A stretch of DNA of 62,485 bases, counting the filler. It is 7 parts of 7 records of this genome, joined end to end, with 100 filler letters (N's around TTAATTAATTAA, not from the genome) between each part and the next. Parts side by side here need not be neighbours in the genome. Positions count along the whole stretch, not along the records: positions 27,716 to 34,980 come from SRR20825010_6440; positions 35,081 to 38,762 come from SRR20825010_6443; positions 38,863 to 42,153 come from SRR20825010_6455; 4 more parts are not named here. One strand, given 5' to 3'. Each line of letters starts with the position of its first letter. Positions within the stretch are counted from its first letter, which is position 1. The notes below the pieces were generated by a model. The model had not been told where the DNA came from and made no database searches. It saw only the letters and a program-made list of their open reading frames with translations. Below, piece after piece: positions 30,683 to 39,955 of this stretch. Both the position numbers and the translations under genes were made by a program.

Positions 30683-31525
30683 ATGACAAGCGAAAGCCAA
30701 GCACACGATAACGTGTGCGCACCCGAATTCTGCCCAAATTCCGGCCCTACCCCCGACTTTGAAGCCGAACCCCGCGCACCGTCGGACCACCATTGGCTCG
30801 GCATTCTGGAAAGCGCCGTTGAGCACGGCTTGACAGACCCGGACGACGCATCTGCCCTGCAAGTACAAATGGCTGTTAACTTGGTGCCCCCCGGCAAGAT
30901 GCAAGAGAAAGTCGCTGCGCTCTTGGCTAGCGGAGCGGCCCCAGACGCAGCGCTAGACTGCATTGCACGTGTGTTCAACGGTGGTGACGTAATCGAACTG
31001 CGGGCGGTGTGCCCGAACGGCGGCGGCGCGTGGTCCCTCTGCGGGCGGCTCTCTTTGCCGGAAGAACGCGAAAGGATGCTTGGTTTCATCCGCAAGCACG
31101 TCGGGCGGGACAATCTCTATTTCGGAATCAACCCCCGCAAGCCCGAAATGGCCGGGACTGCTCGGTCCGGCAGGGCTAATGACATCGTGGCGCGGCGTAT
31201 GGCCGTTCTGGACTTGGACCTGAAAGATGCGCCGGACGCGGACCCGAATTGGACCCGGACATGCGAAGCTTTGCGGGCGCTGAACCCGATTCTGGAAATC
31301 AACAGCGGCAACGGCTTTCACTTCTGGTTTCTGATTGAGGGCGTGGACAGCGCGAACCTGCCGGCCTCCGTCGGACCTCTGGCGGAAGCCATGGCGCGGC
31401 TCGGCGCAGACAACATGTCAGACCTGCCCCGTATCGCCCGCCTTCCGTACACCGTGAACCTTCCCACTAAAACGAAGCGCCAACGCGGGGCAGTAGTCCG
31501 GCTGGCTGTGCCTGTTCAGGAGTAA
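30683..31525 (+). CDS. AEP-superfamily primase (RepB'/primpol-like catalytic domain)
   Basis: DLD, SGNGFH, D..RIARLP.T.N motifs. Confidence 0.82.
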   Translation: MTSESQAHDNVCAPEFCPNSGPTPDFEAEPRAPSDHHWLGILESAVEHGLTDPDDASALQVQMAVNLVPPGKMQEKVAALLASGAAPDAALDCIARVFNGGDVIELRAVCPNGGGAWSLCGRLSLPEERERMLGFIRKHVGRDNLYFGINPRKPEMAGTARSGRANDIVARRMAVLDLDLKDAPDADPNWTRTCEALRALNPILEINSGNGFHFWFLIEGVDSANLPASVGPLAEAMARLGADNMSDLPRIARLPYTVNLPTKTKRQRGAVVRLAVPVQE

Positions 31526-31530
31526 AGATC

Positions 31531-33264
31531 ATGCAGGCAACAAAAGCACAAAGCAAACCCGTGTCCGTGGACGTTCTCTGCGCGAATCTGAACGACATTG
31601 TGGGCCGGCTTAACTTGCCCGGCAGGGGCACCCCCTCTCCCACCTCGCTGGCAGCAAACAGCAACAATAACGTGAAAACGCCTTGGGCTGCGCCGTCGCT
31701 GGAAGCATATCGGGCGTTCTTCGAGGAACTGCCTAACGATCAGGGGCACTTCGACTGTCGCGATGACTTCACCAAGCTGCTCCATGCCGCAAAAGGTGCA
31801 GCCGCAGACTTCGAGGACGAGGGAAAGACCATTGCCCTTGAATGGGCGGCACAATGGAACGGTGGCGTTGACGCTGCCCACGATGAAGCCTTGTGGAACG
31901 GCATCCGCGACCCTCACGTGGGTTGGGGCACCCTTATGCAGACACTGGAACGCATAAACCCGGCAGGGGTCCAGCGGGTCAGGGATGAGGCCGCGAAGCA
32001 AGCATTCGCTCAACAGACGATCCAAACCCAGCAGATGTTCACGGCTGCACAGATCGGGCCCGTCCAGCCTTTCAAGCCGAGCCAAATCCCACCCCGCCCG
32101 TGGCTCTACGGTCGGGTGATGCTCGCCGGATACCTCTCCGGGCTTGTCTCCACAGGCGGCGTCGGCAAATCCCTTATCCTCATGGCGCGTGCGGTGGCGC
32201 TTGCAACCGGACGGGAACTGATCGCCGGGGAAAAGCCACTCTGCGCGATGCGCGTATGGTATCACAACGCGGAAGATGACGATGCCGAGGCGTTGCGCCG
32301 GCTCTATGCCGTTTTGGAACACCACGGCATCAAGCATGCCGACCTGCGGGACAACCTCATCCTTACATCCGGGCGGAACTTGCCCTTGCGCTTCGCGCGC
32401 ATGGGCAGGGACGGACCGGAAGTCGTTCCCGGTATGGTGGACAAGATTGTGGACACGGCCAAGCGGTTCAACGTGAAGGTCATCATGTTCGATCCACAGG
32501 GGGCGATGCACGGCCTGCCTGAGAATTCCAATGAGGCCATGAACTTTCTGGCGGGTGTCCTGCGTGAGATCGCAGACAGGACCAATGCCGCCATCGTCAT
32601 CGCACACCACACTGGCAAGGTTGCAGCGCAGGATATGGACAGCGCCGGTGCGCATGCCTACCGTGGCGCATCCGCCGGTACAGACGCATTTCGGGTGGTC
32701 GAACAAGTCCGGGGCATGACTGCCAAGGAAGGTGCCACCTTCGGCGTGGCCGAGAGCGAGCGGCACAATTTCGTTCGGATCGACAATGGCAAGGCCAACT
32801 TCGCCCCTGCTAACGGGGCACGCTGGCTCCGCCGCACACCGATCAAACTGCGCAATGGCAATGCAACATACCCATCCGGCGATGAGGCTCCGACCGTCGA
32901 GAGTTGGACCCCACCCACGGCAATGCCCGCCACAGCGTCCGACCTAGCACTGGTCCAGAATGCCATCGCTGCCGCTCCCACTTTGCCCCGGCTGGACACT
33001 CGGTCGCCAGAGTATGTTGGTTGGCTTGTCGCAGACACCCTTGGACTGGATGCCGGCGGTCCCGACCTTCCCGCCAAGGACCGCAACCCCGGACAAGCTG
33101 CCACCTACGCCCGCATCCGCGCAATGCTGGATGGCTGGTTGAGCGACGGCAGCCTCGTCAGGCGTGAAGAGCGCGACCCACACAGTCGCAGGCCCCGCCC
33201 CTGTGTCGGGATCGGAACACCTGCCATCGTCGCAGAGCCTGAACCGAGCGAAGGGCCGGCATGA
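31531..33264 (+). CDS. PriCT-2-like domain plus AAA_25 (RepA-type) helicase
   Basis: N-terminal LHAAK..EWA..W....VGWGTL; Walker A STGGVGKS, AEDD, Walker B VIMFDP, HHTGK, RGAS. Confidence 0.88.
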   Translation: MQATKAQSKPVSVDVLCANLNDIVGRLNLPGRGTPSPTSLAANSNNNVKTPWAAPSLEAYRAFFEELPNDQGHFDCRDDFTKLLHAAKGAAADFEDEGKTIALEWAAQWNGGVDAAHDEALWNGIRDPHVGWGTLMQTLERINPAGVQRVRDEAAKQAFAQQTIQTQQMFTAAQIGPVQPFKPSQIPPRPWLYGRVMLAGYLSGLVSTGGVGKSLILMARAVALATGRELIAGEKPLCAMRVWYHNAEDDDAEALRRLYAVLEHHGIKHADLRDNLILTSGRNLPLRFARMGRDGPEVVPGMVDKIVDTAKRFNVKVIMFDPQGAMHGLPENSNEAMNFLAGVLREIADRTNAAIVIAHHTGKVAAQDMDSAGAHAYRGASAGTDAFRVVEQVRGMTAKEGATFGVAESERHNFVRIDNGKANFAPANGARWLRRTPIKLRNGNATYPSGDEAPTVESWTPPTAMPATASDLALVQNAIAAAPTLPRLDTRSPEYVGWLVADTLGLDAGGPDLPAKDRNPGQAATYARIRAMLDGWLSDGSLVRREERDPHSRRPRPCVGIGTPAIVAEPEPSEGPA

Positions 33265-33310
33265 CGCCCCCCGGCACCGACTACTTTTCAGCATCGGGCT
33301 AGGGTCTGCG

Positions 33311-33556
33311 ACTGGCGCACTACTGGCGCACACTGGCGCGGCAAAGGTAAATACTGGCAGGGGGCGTCGGGGTGTAAAGGGGCCTCTCAAAAGGCCCTTT
33401 ACCCCTGCGCCGCTCCAGTCATTTACTTAAGGGGATTTTACTGGCGCACCCCGGAAAACATGGCTTTTTGGGGTGCGCCTTGCCGGCCCTCTAAACTCTC
33501 CTGCGCGCACTGGCGCTCCGTTCGGTGCGACGCCGACACTGGCGCATTACTGGCGC
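33311..33556 (+). repeat. iteron array, putative replication origin
   Basis: exact ACTGGCGC at 33311, 33322, 33332, 33440, 33509, 33538 and 33549, plus two inverted repeats. Confidence 0.75.
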
Positions 33557-33684
33557 AGACGGTGGGGCGCTCTGGTGTGCTTTCAGCGAACCGCCCCCTG
33601 CCGGACACAAGCAATCTCTCCGCGATCATTCCCGGTCGCGCGGACCTAACCACAGAACCAACCTCTTTCTTTGGAGCAAACCCA

Positions 33685-34293
33685 ATGTTGGACAGCTGCA
33701 ACAACCTTAAACGCAACCACCGTCGTGGCCGGCCTCACAAGCCCATCAAGATCACCGTTAATGGGGACCCTCTCGCCTGTGGCACCCGGAATCGCACTGC
33801 CGAGTTTGACCGCGCATCGGCCTTCTTTGCGGCGAACCCTAGCCGCAATTTCTACTGGGTCCGCGCCACACACGCACAGGTCCGCGCCATGGCTCGCACC
33901 GGGGCGGTATTCGCCGCCCACTTCGACTATGGGCGCTATCCGGTCCAGCAGCATGCTGCCGAGGTTCAGGGACCGGGACCGCACGCACTCTTGTTCCGGC
34001 GTGACTGGCACGCGCGGAGCCTTTTGCAGGGAAACCCAATCGTGCCGCCCGGATGCTTGATCCGGCCCAACTTCGCCCCCTACCGCTGGGGGCACACCGA
34101 TGAAGAACAGGAGTTGTCGGGGCTTGCGTTGTGGTTTGGCTGGGAATCGGCAGAGGGCCCGACACCGTGGCCCGAATTCGCCCACACCTCGGATGGTGAG
34201 TGCTCCCCGCGCTCGGAGGCCATGGACGTTCTCTCCCGGCCGGGAAACGAGACGTTGCGCTCTAAGATTGGGCATCTCGTAGCACTGTGGTAG
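33685..34293 (+). CDS. hypothetical protein (202 aa)
   Basis: ATG with upstream GGAG; followed by a terminator-like hairpin. Confidence 0.65.
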   Translation: MLDSCNNLKRNHRRGRPHKPIKITVNGDPLACGTRNRTAEFDRASAFFAANPSRNFYWVRATHAQVRAMARTGAVFAAHFDYGRYPVQQHAAEVQGPGPHALLFRRDWHARSLLQGNPIVPPGCLIRPNFAPYRWGHTDEEQELSGLALWFGWESAEGPTPWPEFAHTSDGECSPRSEAMDVLSRPGNETLRSKIGHLVALW

Positions 34294-34305
34294 CAGCGCG
34301 GAAAG

Positions 34306-34337
34306 AAGCCCCCTGCCGAGCATTTGGCAGGGGGCTT
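34306..34337. terminator. terminator-like hairpin between convergent ORFs
   Basis: aagccccctgcc-gagcattt-ggcagggggctt. Confidence 0.7.
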
Positions 34338-34423
34338 ACACGGGAATTGCGTAGGCATGGGAACATCTAGATGGAAACCGCGAAAACTCGCCCATGGCCT
34401 TCCCGATGGCGATTAGGGGCTAG

Positions 34424-34980
34424 CTAGCCCACGCCTAGGGTGCTCACGATCCGCACCCAGCGTTCACGGGCAGCGCTGTCGTTCGGATCAAGGGTGTAGT
34501 CATGGAGCGCCGCCACAATTTCCGCCTGCTCACCCAACCGGCACCGTGCAAACATTGGGCCCAAGACATCCCTGTGCTGATGGATGAATGTACCAAGGTC
34601 CAGTTTGTTGGCCCGGCCCCCGCCCATGCCCGCGCTCCTATCATCTCCGGTCTTTATCTCGTTTCGCTTGTCGGGACCGTCAAACAACACATCCAAGTCA
34701 TTCGGACGCCTTCTCCGTCCTCGCCCCCAAAGCGACCTCGGTTTAGCCCTTGGCGGAACTTTTGGCGAACACATCTGCGAACGCTTGGAGAACGGTTCAG
34801 GTTTCCCAGCACGCCACGGCATTGAAGCTGAACCCCACTCTTGCTCCTGCCGGGCTATAATGTCAGCCGGCGCGGGGCCGGCAGCACTTAGACGCTTCGG
34901 CAGTTCGTCCCGCAAGACACGAAGCCATTCGTCATCCCGCTTCCTGTCGATTTGGAGCCGGCGATAACGCCACCGGAGCC
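34424..34980 (-). CDS. hypothetical protein, probably 5'-truncated
   Basis: reading frame appears open to the contig edge and converges on the hairpin. Confidence 0.45.
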
Positions 34981-35080
34981 NNNNNNNNNNNNNNNNNNNN
35001 NNNNNNNNNNNNNNNNNNNNNNNNTTAATTAATTAANNNNNNNNNNNNNNNNNNNNNNNNNNNNNNNNNNNNNNNNNNNN
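34981..35080. other. artificial contig spacer
   Basis: N-TTAATTAATTAA-N. Confidence 0.99.
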
Positions 35081-36152
35081 GCAGGAAGACGGGCAGGGTA
35101 ATCAACATAATACCGACGGGGTCCAGCACCATCCCCAAGAGGAAGAGAACAAACATCATGAAGGCAAGCGCCCCCCATTTTCCGCCAGGAATCTGCGCGG
35201 TCATATGGGTGATGAATTCTTCCGCGCCCATTGCGGTATAGGCCATCGAATAGGCATGTGCCGCGAAAACGATCCAGGTAATGATCGTCGTAAGTCGGAA
35301 GGTTCGAAGCGAGGATTCCGAGATTACCTTCCACGTCAGCTTGCGGTTTATGGCGCTGGCGACCAATGCGCCGAAGACGCCAACAGCGGCGGCCTCCGTC
35401 ACTGTGGCGTAACCGCCAAATATTGCCCCGAGAACGAGGAATATAATGAAAATTGGCAGAAAAACAGAGCGAAGCGCCCGCAGCTTTTCTCCCCAGTTTG
35501 CGCGTTCTTCTTCAGGCAGAGACGGTCCCAAATGGGGTTGGAACCAGCACCGCACGCCAATATAAATGGATACCAGTGCAAAAAGCAGCAGACCCGGGAA
35601 CACACCGGCAGCAAACAGTTTGCCAACCGAGACTTCGGTAATCAGCGCATAAAGAACCATCAGGATTGAGGGCGGGATCAATATGCCCCAGCCACCTCCG
35701 GCGTTAATGGCGCCAAGGGCAAGGCGTTTATCGTAGCCTCTGTCGAGCATTTGTGGGAGGGCAATCGTTCCCATGGTGACAACAGCTGCACCGGAAATTC
35801 CGGACATCGCCGCGAAGATCGTGCAAATTCCAACGGTGCCGATAGCGAGGCCGCCCCGCACGCCACCCCACCATAAGTGCATCATTCGGTAGAGGTCATG
35901 TGCAACGCCGCTTCTCTCCAGCAACATGGCCATAAAAACATAGAGCGGAATCGCAATGAGTGAGGACGTCTCCATCAAATCCCACATCTTTGAGGCGATC
36001 AGGTAGAAGGCGATTGGACCCTGTTCAAAATACAGGAAGATAATAGATAGCCCGCCCAGAACGAACGCGAGCGGCACTCCGAGCATGATAAACAGGAACA
36101 GGAGACCGAAAAAGAGGAGGGTAAGAACCTCGATACTTAAGAGATCATACAT
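35081..36152 (-). CDS. dctM: TRAP transporter large permease, 3'-truncated
   Basis: LIAIPLY, SGISGA, GILIPPSI, TEAAAVG. Confidence 0.95.
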
Positions 36153-36718
36153 CAAACAGATTCCTTCTCGTCATGCTCGTCATCCCGCAGCGGGCCAAAG
36201 GCAGTCTCATCAACTTCTATGCCGCAGAGGATCATGATGTCGGCTATCAATTTCACTATTCCCTGCAGCAGCAGTAGGAATGCGGCAACAAAAATCATCG
36301 ATTTGGAGGGCCAGATCGCGGGTCGCCATGTGGTTTCATAACTGACTTCAAGGCGGGAAATGCTATCAGATGCCATCGAATAGGCTTCGGTAAGCAGAAC
36401 GCCTAGGAAAAGGAAAAACAGGAATGATGTTGCGATATCTGTTAGCGCTTTCTGCTTTGCCGTGAAGTTGCCGTAGAAAAGATCGACATTGACATGATCA
36501 CGGCGCGCGAGCAGATAGCCGCCACCGATAATTGCGTAAATACCGAACACAATTTTTGACGCTAAGGCGGACCAGGATATCGGACTTTGCGTCACATAAC
36601 GCATGATTACGTCGCTGAGCAAGAGAACAAACAAGATAAGAACGGCATAACTTGCGAGCCGACCGATCTTGGCGTTTGTATTTGTCACTGCACGAGCGAA
36701 TGCTGTTAAGGCAGCCAT
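36152..36718 (-). CDS. dctQ: TRAP transporter small permease
   Basis: four TM helices, DVIMRY, HVNVDL. Confidence 0.93.
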   Translation of the reverse strand: MAALTAFARAVTNTNAKIGRLASYAVLILFVLLLSDVIMRYVTQSPISWSALASKIVFGIYAIIGGGYLLARRDHVNVDLFYGNFTAKQKALTDIATSFLFFLFLGVLLTEAYSMASDSISRLEVSYETTWRPAIWPSKSMIFVAAFLLLLQGIVKLIADIMILCGIEVDETAFGPLRDDEHDEKESV

Positions 36719-36894
36719 GATATTCTCCAGAAAAAATTGACTAAAGCGACCTGTTCAATCTCAGGCACAAGCTCAATCAACCGGAAAAGGTCAAATTTGC
36801 CGTCACCCCACCGTAGTCCGTTGCAAATTTCTGCAACGAACTCCGGATGAGGTTAGGTTAGCATGTGCCAAATTTTTGACAGATGAAACGGGCC

Positions 36895-37935
36895 TTAGAC
36901 GTAGCCCATTCCCTTGAGGAAATTGGTGAGCATTTCACTCGCTTTTGTCGCGTTTCCGCCCTTGGAGCTTTCCTCGGCCAGAATTGCGCCTGATGCTTCG
37001 GCGAATTTTTTCTGCACATCCGCCGGGAACTGGGAGACAGTAATGTTCTGTTCCGCCAGACCCTTCGAGAGAGCAAGCTTCTCTTTGTACTGATACTCGG
37101 TCGTCCGCTTCCAGAAACGCATGTCGAGAAGAGTGAGGAACTCCTTGCGGAGGTCAGGTGACAGATTGTCAACTGCTTGCTGGTTCATGATGAGCGTGTC
37201 AACCGCCAGCCCGAGAGTTGGCTTCATATGGAATTTGGCAACTTCCCAGAGGCTCATTGACATGGCACCTTGTGCGGCACCCCAATGTGCGCCGTCAACA
37301 ACGCCGCTGGCCAGGCTCGAATAAAGCTCGGGGCCGGCAACATATTGCGTTGAAGCGCCGGCGGCTTCCAGGAATTTCTGGTAACTACCGGATGAGCGCA
37401 ATTTCAGCGTGGAGAAGTCCTCAACCGAATTGATCTCTTTTGAGACAACCAACTCCGTTGGATAGACTTTTTCAGCCCGGCTTATAACACCATGCGCCGC
37501 CAGATCTTCGTTGAACAGATCCTCGAAACCCATGTTTTTAAGGAAATGCGCAAATTCCCATGGTTCACGGAAAGTGCCCGGGACACCAAGAGCAATGCCG
37601 GCTGTCGGGGCTTCACCCAGGATATAGCCTGGAGAGATTGTGCCCATTTCAACTACGCCCTTCCGGACGATGTTGAAGATTTCGCCGCCTTTTGCGAATT
37701 CGCCCGCACCGAAGAGCTGCAGTTCAAATTGCCCGTCAGTGTTAGTCTTTAGTTCCTCTGCAATAACGGCGAGACTGTCGCCATAAGACGAAGATGCTTT
37801 TGGCCAATGCGACTGCACCTTCCATGTCACCTTCTCGGCGGCGGCCGCCTTGCCAATAAAGGCCGGAGCAGCGAGTGCAGCAGCGCCGCCTGCCAACGCG
37901 CCACGCCGACTAATTACATTTGTTTCTTTTGTCAT
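36895..37935 (-). CDS. dctP: TRAP substrate-binding protein with Tat signal
   Basis: SRRGAL signal, TWKVQSHWP, LKLRS, ELYSSLASGVVDG. Confidence 0.93.
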   Translation of the reverse strand: MTKETNVISRRGALAGGAAALAAPAFIGKAAAAEKVTWKVQSHWPKASSSYGDSLAVIAEELKTNTDGQFELQLFGAGEFAKGGEIFNIVRKGVVEMGTISPGYILGEAPTAGIALGVPGTFREPWEFAHFLKNMGFEDLFNEDLAAHGVISRAEKVYPTELVVSKEINSVEDFSTLKLRSSGSYQKFLEAAGASTQYVAGPELYSSLASGVVDGAHWGAAQGAMSMSLWEVAKFHMKPTLGLAVDTLIMNQQAVDNLSPDLRKEFLTLLDMRFWKRTTEYQYKEKLALSKGLAEQNITVSQFPADVQKKFAEASGAILAEESSKGGNATKASEMLTNFLKGMGYV

Positions 37936-38214
37936 GATATTCCTCCCGTTGTGCGTTTATGCTGCCCTGTTAAACAGCCATATTTTTGTTTTCTTGCCGC
38001 AGCTATTTCTCTTTGGGAATAAGCATTGCTGTATGGGCCTTTTGATTGAATGTTGCCACAATTCACTTTTTTTGATTAGGCCGACAACAATATATTCCGC
38101 TTTGATGGTATAATAAAGAATTCGGATTTACAAGCCATGGCGTAAACTGCCCGTCGAATTTTAACGAGGGGCAAATCTGCAAGACGGCGACTAATGGCGA
38201 TGATTCAATTTGCG

Positions 38215-38762
38215 CTAACCCGTAAATGTTTTTCTCACGTCTTCTGCTGTTGCGATGGGCCGGCCAATAGCCTCGGCCACTTCCCGGACCTGTCGAATAA
38301 GTTCCGCATTCCCTCTGGCGTGCTCGCCAGTTTTTAAAAGCATATTGTTTTCAAAGCCTACTCTTACATGCCCCCCCATTGCCAAAGCTCCGCTCGCGGC
38401 GGCATGTTCCAACGGCCCGAATGCACAGGTAGCCCAAACTCTGGAAGGATTCATATGGTTCAGGAATGGGATTAAATTATGCGGATGGGATGTCTGGTTT
38501 GATGTGTATCGCCCGAGCACTAATATCAGAAACGGATTCTCGAAGGGGATAACATCCTCAGTTTTTAGAGCCTCGAACCTCTGCATATCCTCGGGGGAGT
38601 AAAGGATGAACTGCGGCATGATTTTAAGCGCGTGCATTTCTTTAAAGAAATCTTTGGCCGCAGGCTCATGCCCTTCCGGGGCCAGTTCCTTGATTGCGAG
38701 GGAGGCGGCTTCGGGCTTCAGCTCCAACACCATATCCATCTGCTGCTGCGGTGTGTAAATAC
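38215..38762 (-). CDS. beta-keto-acid cleavage enzyme (DUF849/Kce family), 5'-truncated
   Basis: PEAASLA, VLGRY, GGHVRVGFENN, GRPIAT. Confidence 0.88.
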
Positions 38763-38862
38763 NNNNNNNNNNNNNNNNNNNNNNNNNNNNNNNNNNNNNN
38801 NNNNNNTTAATTAATTAANNNNNNNNNNNNNNNNNNNNNNNNNNNNNNNNNNNNNNNNNNNN
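38763..38862. other. artificial contig spacer
   Basis: N-TTAATTAATTAA-N. Confidence 0.99.
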
Positions 38863-39172
38863 CGGCGGCGGCTTTCCCGAAAACCTGCCGCGGGTTCTGC
38901 CCGAAGGGCTTGCCGCGGAAATCGATCTCGACGCCATCAAGGCGCCGGCGGTGTTTTCGTGGCTGGCCCTGACGGGCGGCGTGGCGCCGGAAGAGATGCT
39001 GCGCACGTTCAATTGCGGCGTCGGCATGATCGCGGTTGCCCCGGAGGCGGACGCCGACCGGGTGGCTGCCACGCTCGAAGCGCAGGGCGAGGCCGTGATC
39101 CGGCTTGGCAGACTGACGCGGCGCGCCGACAACGGCCCCGGCGTTGTCTACAAGGGAACGCTCAAGCTGTGA
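38863..39172 (+). CDS. purM: phosphoribosylformylglycinamidine cyclo-ligase, C-terminal fragment
   Basis: [13 protein letters not shown]...[12 protein letters not shown]. Confidence 0.95.
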
Positions 39173-39792
39173 CCGATCAGCCGAAAGTGCCTGTTGCAGT
39201 GCTGATTTCCGGACGGGGATCGAACATGGGCGCGCTGATCGCCGCCTCGCTGCACGGGGATTATCCGGCGAAAATCGTTGCGGTAATTTCCGACAAGCCG
39301 GATGCCAAGGGTCTCGACCACGCCCGCGAGTTCGGTATCGAGGCGCTGGCTATCCCACGCGGCGACTATGGCAGCAAGGCCGAGCACGAGGCGGCCGTCA
39401 TCGCCGCGCTCGATGCCTCGGGCGCCCGGATCATCGCGCTTGCGGGCTACATGCGGCTGCTCTCGGGCGATTTCGTCCGCCGCTATGCGGGGCGGATGAT
39501 CAACATCCATCCGTCGCTGCTTCCCGCCTTTCCGGGGCTCGCCACCCACGAGCGGGCGCTGGCCGCTGGCTGCCGGGTACATGGCTGCACCGTCCACTTC
39601 GTCACCGAAGGCATGGACGAAGGTCCGATCATCGAGCAGGCGGCGGTGCGGGTCGAACGAGACGACACGCCCGACACGCTTGCCGCCCGGGTGCTTGAAG
39701 CCGAGCACCGGATCTACCCGCTGGCGCTTGCGATGCTGGCACGCGGCGAAGTGCGGATGGGCGGCGACGGCCAGGCAAGGTTCACCCGGTGA
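39169..39792 (+). CDS. purN: phosphoribosylglycinamide formyltransferase
   Basis: [42 protein letters not shown] overlaps the purM stop. Confidence 0.97.
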   Translation: MTDQPKVPVAVLISGRGSNMGALIAASLHGDYPAKIVAVISDKPDAKGLDHAREFGIEALAIPRGDYGSKAEHEAAVIAALDASGARIIALAGYMRLLSGDFVRRYAGRMINIHPSLLPAFPGLATHERALAAGCRVHGCTVHFVTEGMDEGPIIEQAAVRVERDDTPDTLAARVLEAEHRIYPLALAMLARGEVRMGGDGQARFTR

Positions 39793-39955
39793 AGCCGATG
39801 GGCTTGTCCATCATCATCGCAATCATTTAGAACTGATCAACGGCCCGTTCCCGGGGCGGGTCTTTGGATTTAAGTGTCGGCCGGTTTTTTATTGAGAAAT
39901 ATTGAGGGAACTTTATCGACCGGTGGACGTTCCCGCTTCCAGTAACGGAGACGTC

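Larger units (their letters stand above)
27755..34980 (+). mobile_element. integrative phage-satellite/PICI-like element, right end missing
   Basis: order int - ORF - alpA - primase - helicase - repeat-rich region - ORFs; candidate att core and arm repeats on the left. Confidence 0.8.

Noticed and set aside
33311-33556. ACTGGCGC repeats as a CRISPR array
   Set aside because: Units are 8 bp, irregularly spaced, and there are no cas genes. No CRISPR array was seen anywhere in the window.
33460-33684. N-terminal extension of the 277-aa ORF call
   Set aside because: It runs through the repeat region; ATG 33685 has the better ribosome-binding site.
36810-36847. Hairpin between dctP and dctQ
   Set aside because: Ordinary intercistronic stem-loop after a binding-protein gene; no riboswitch features recognised.
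38959-39168. N-terminal extension of purN overlapping purM
   Set aside because: Out-of-frame read-through of purM; the real start is the GTG overlapping the purM stop.
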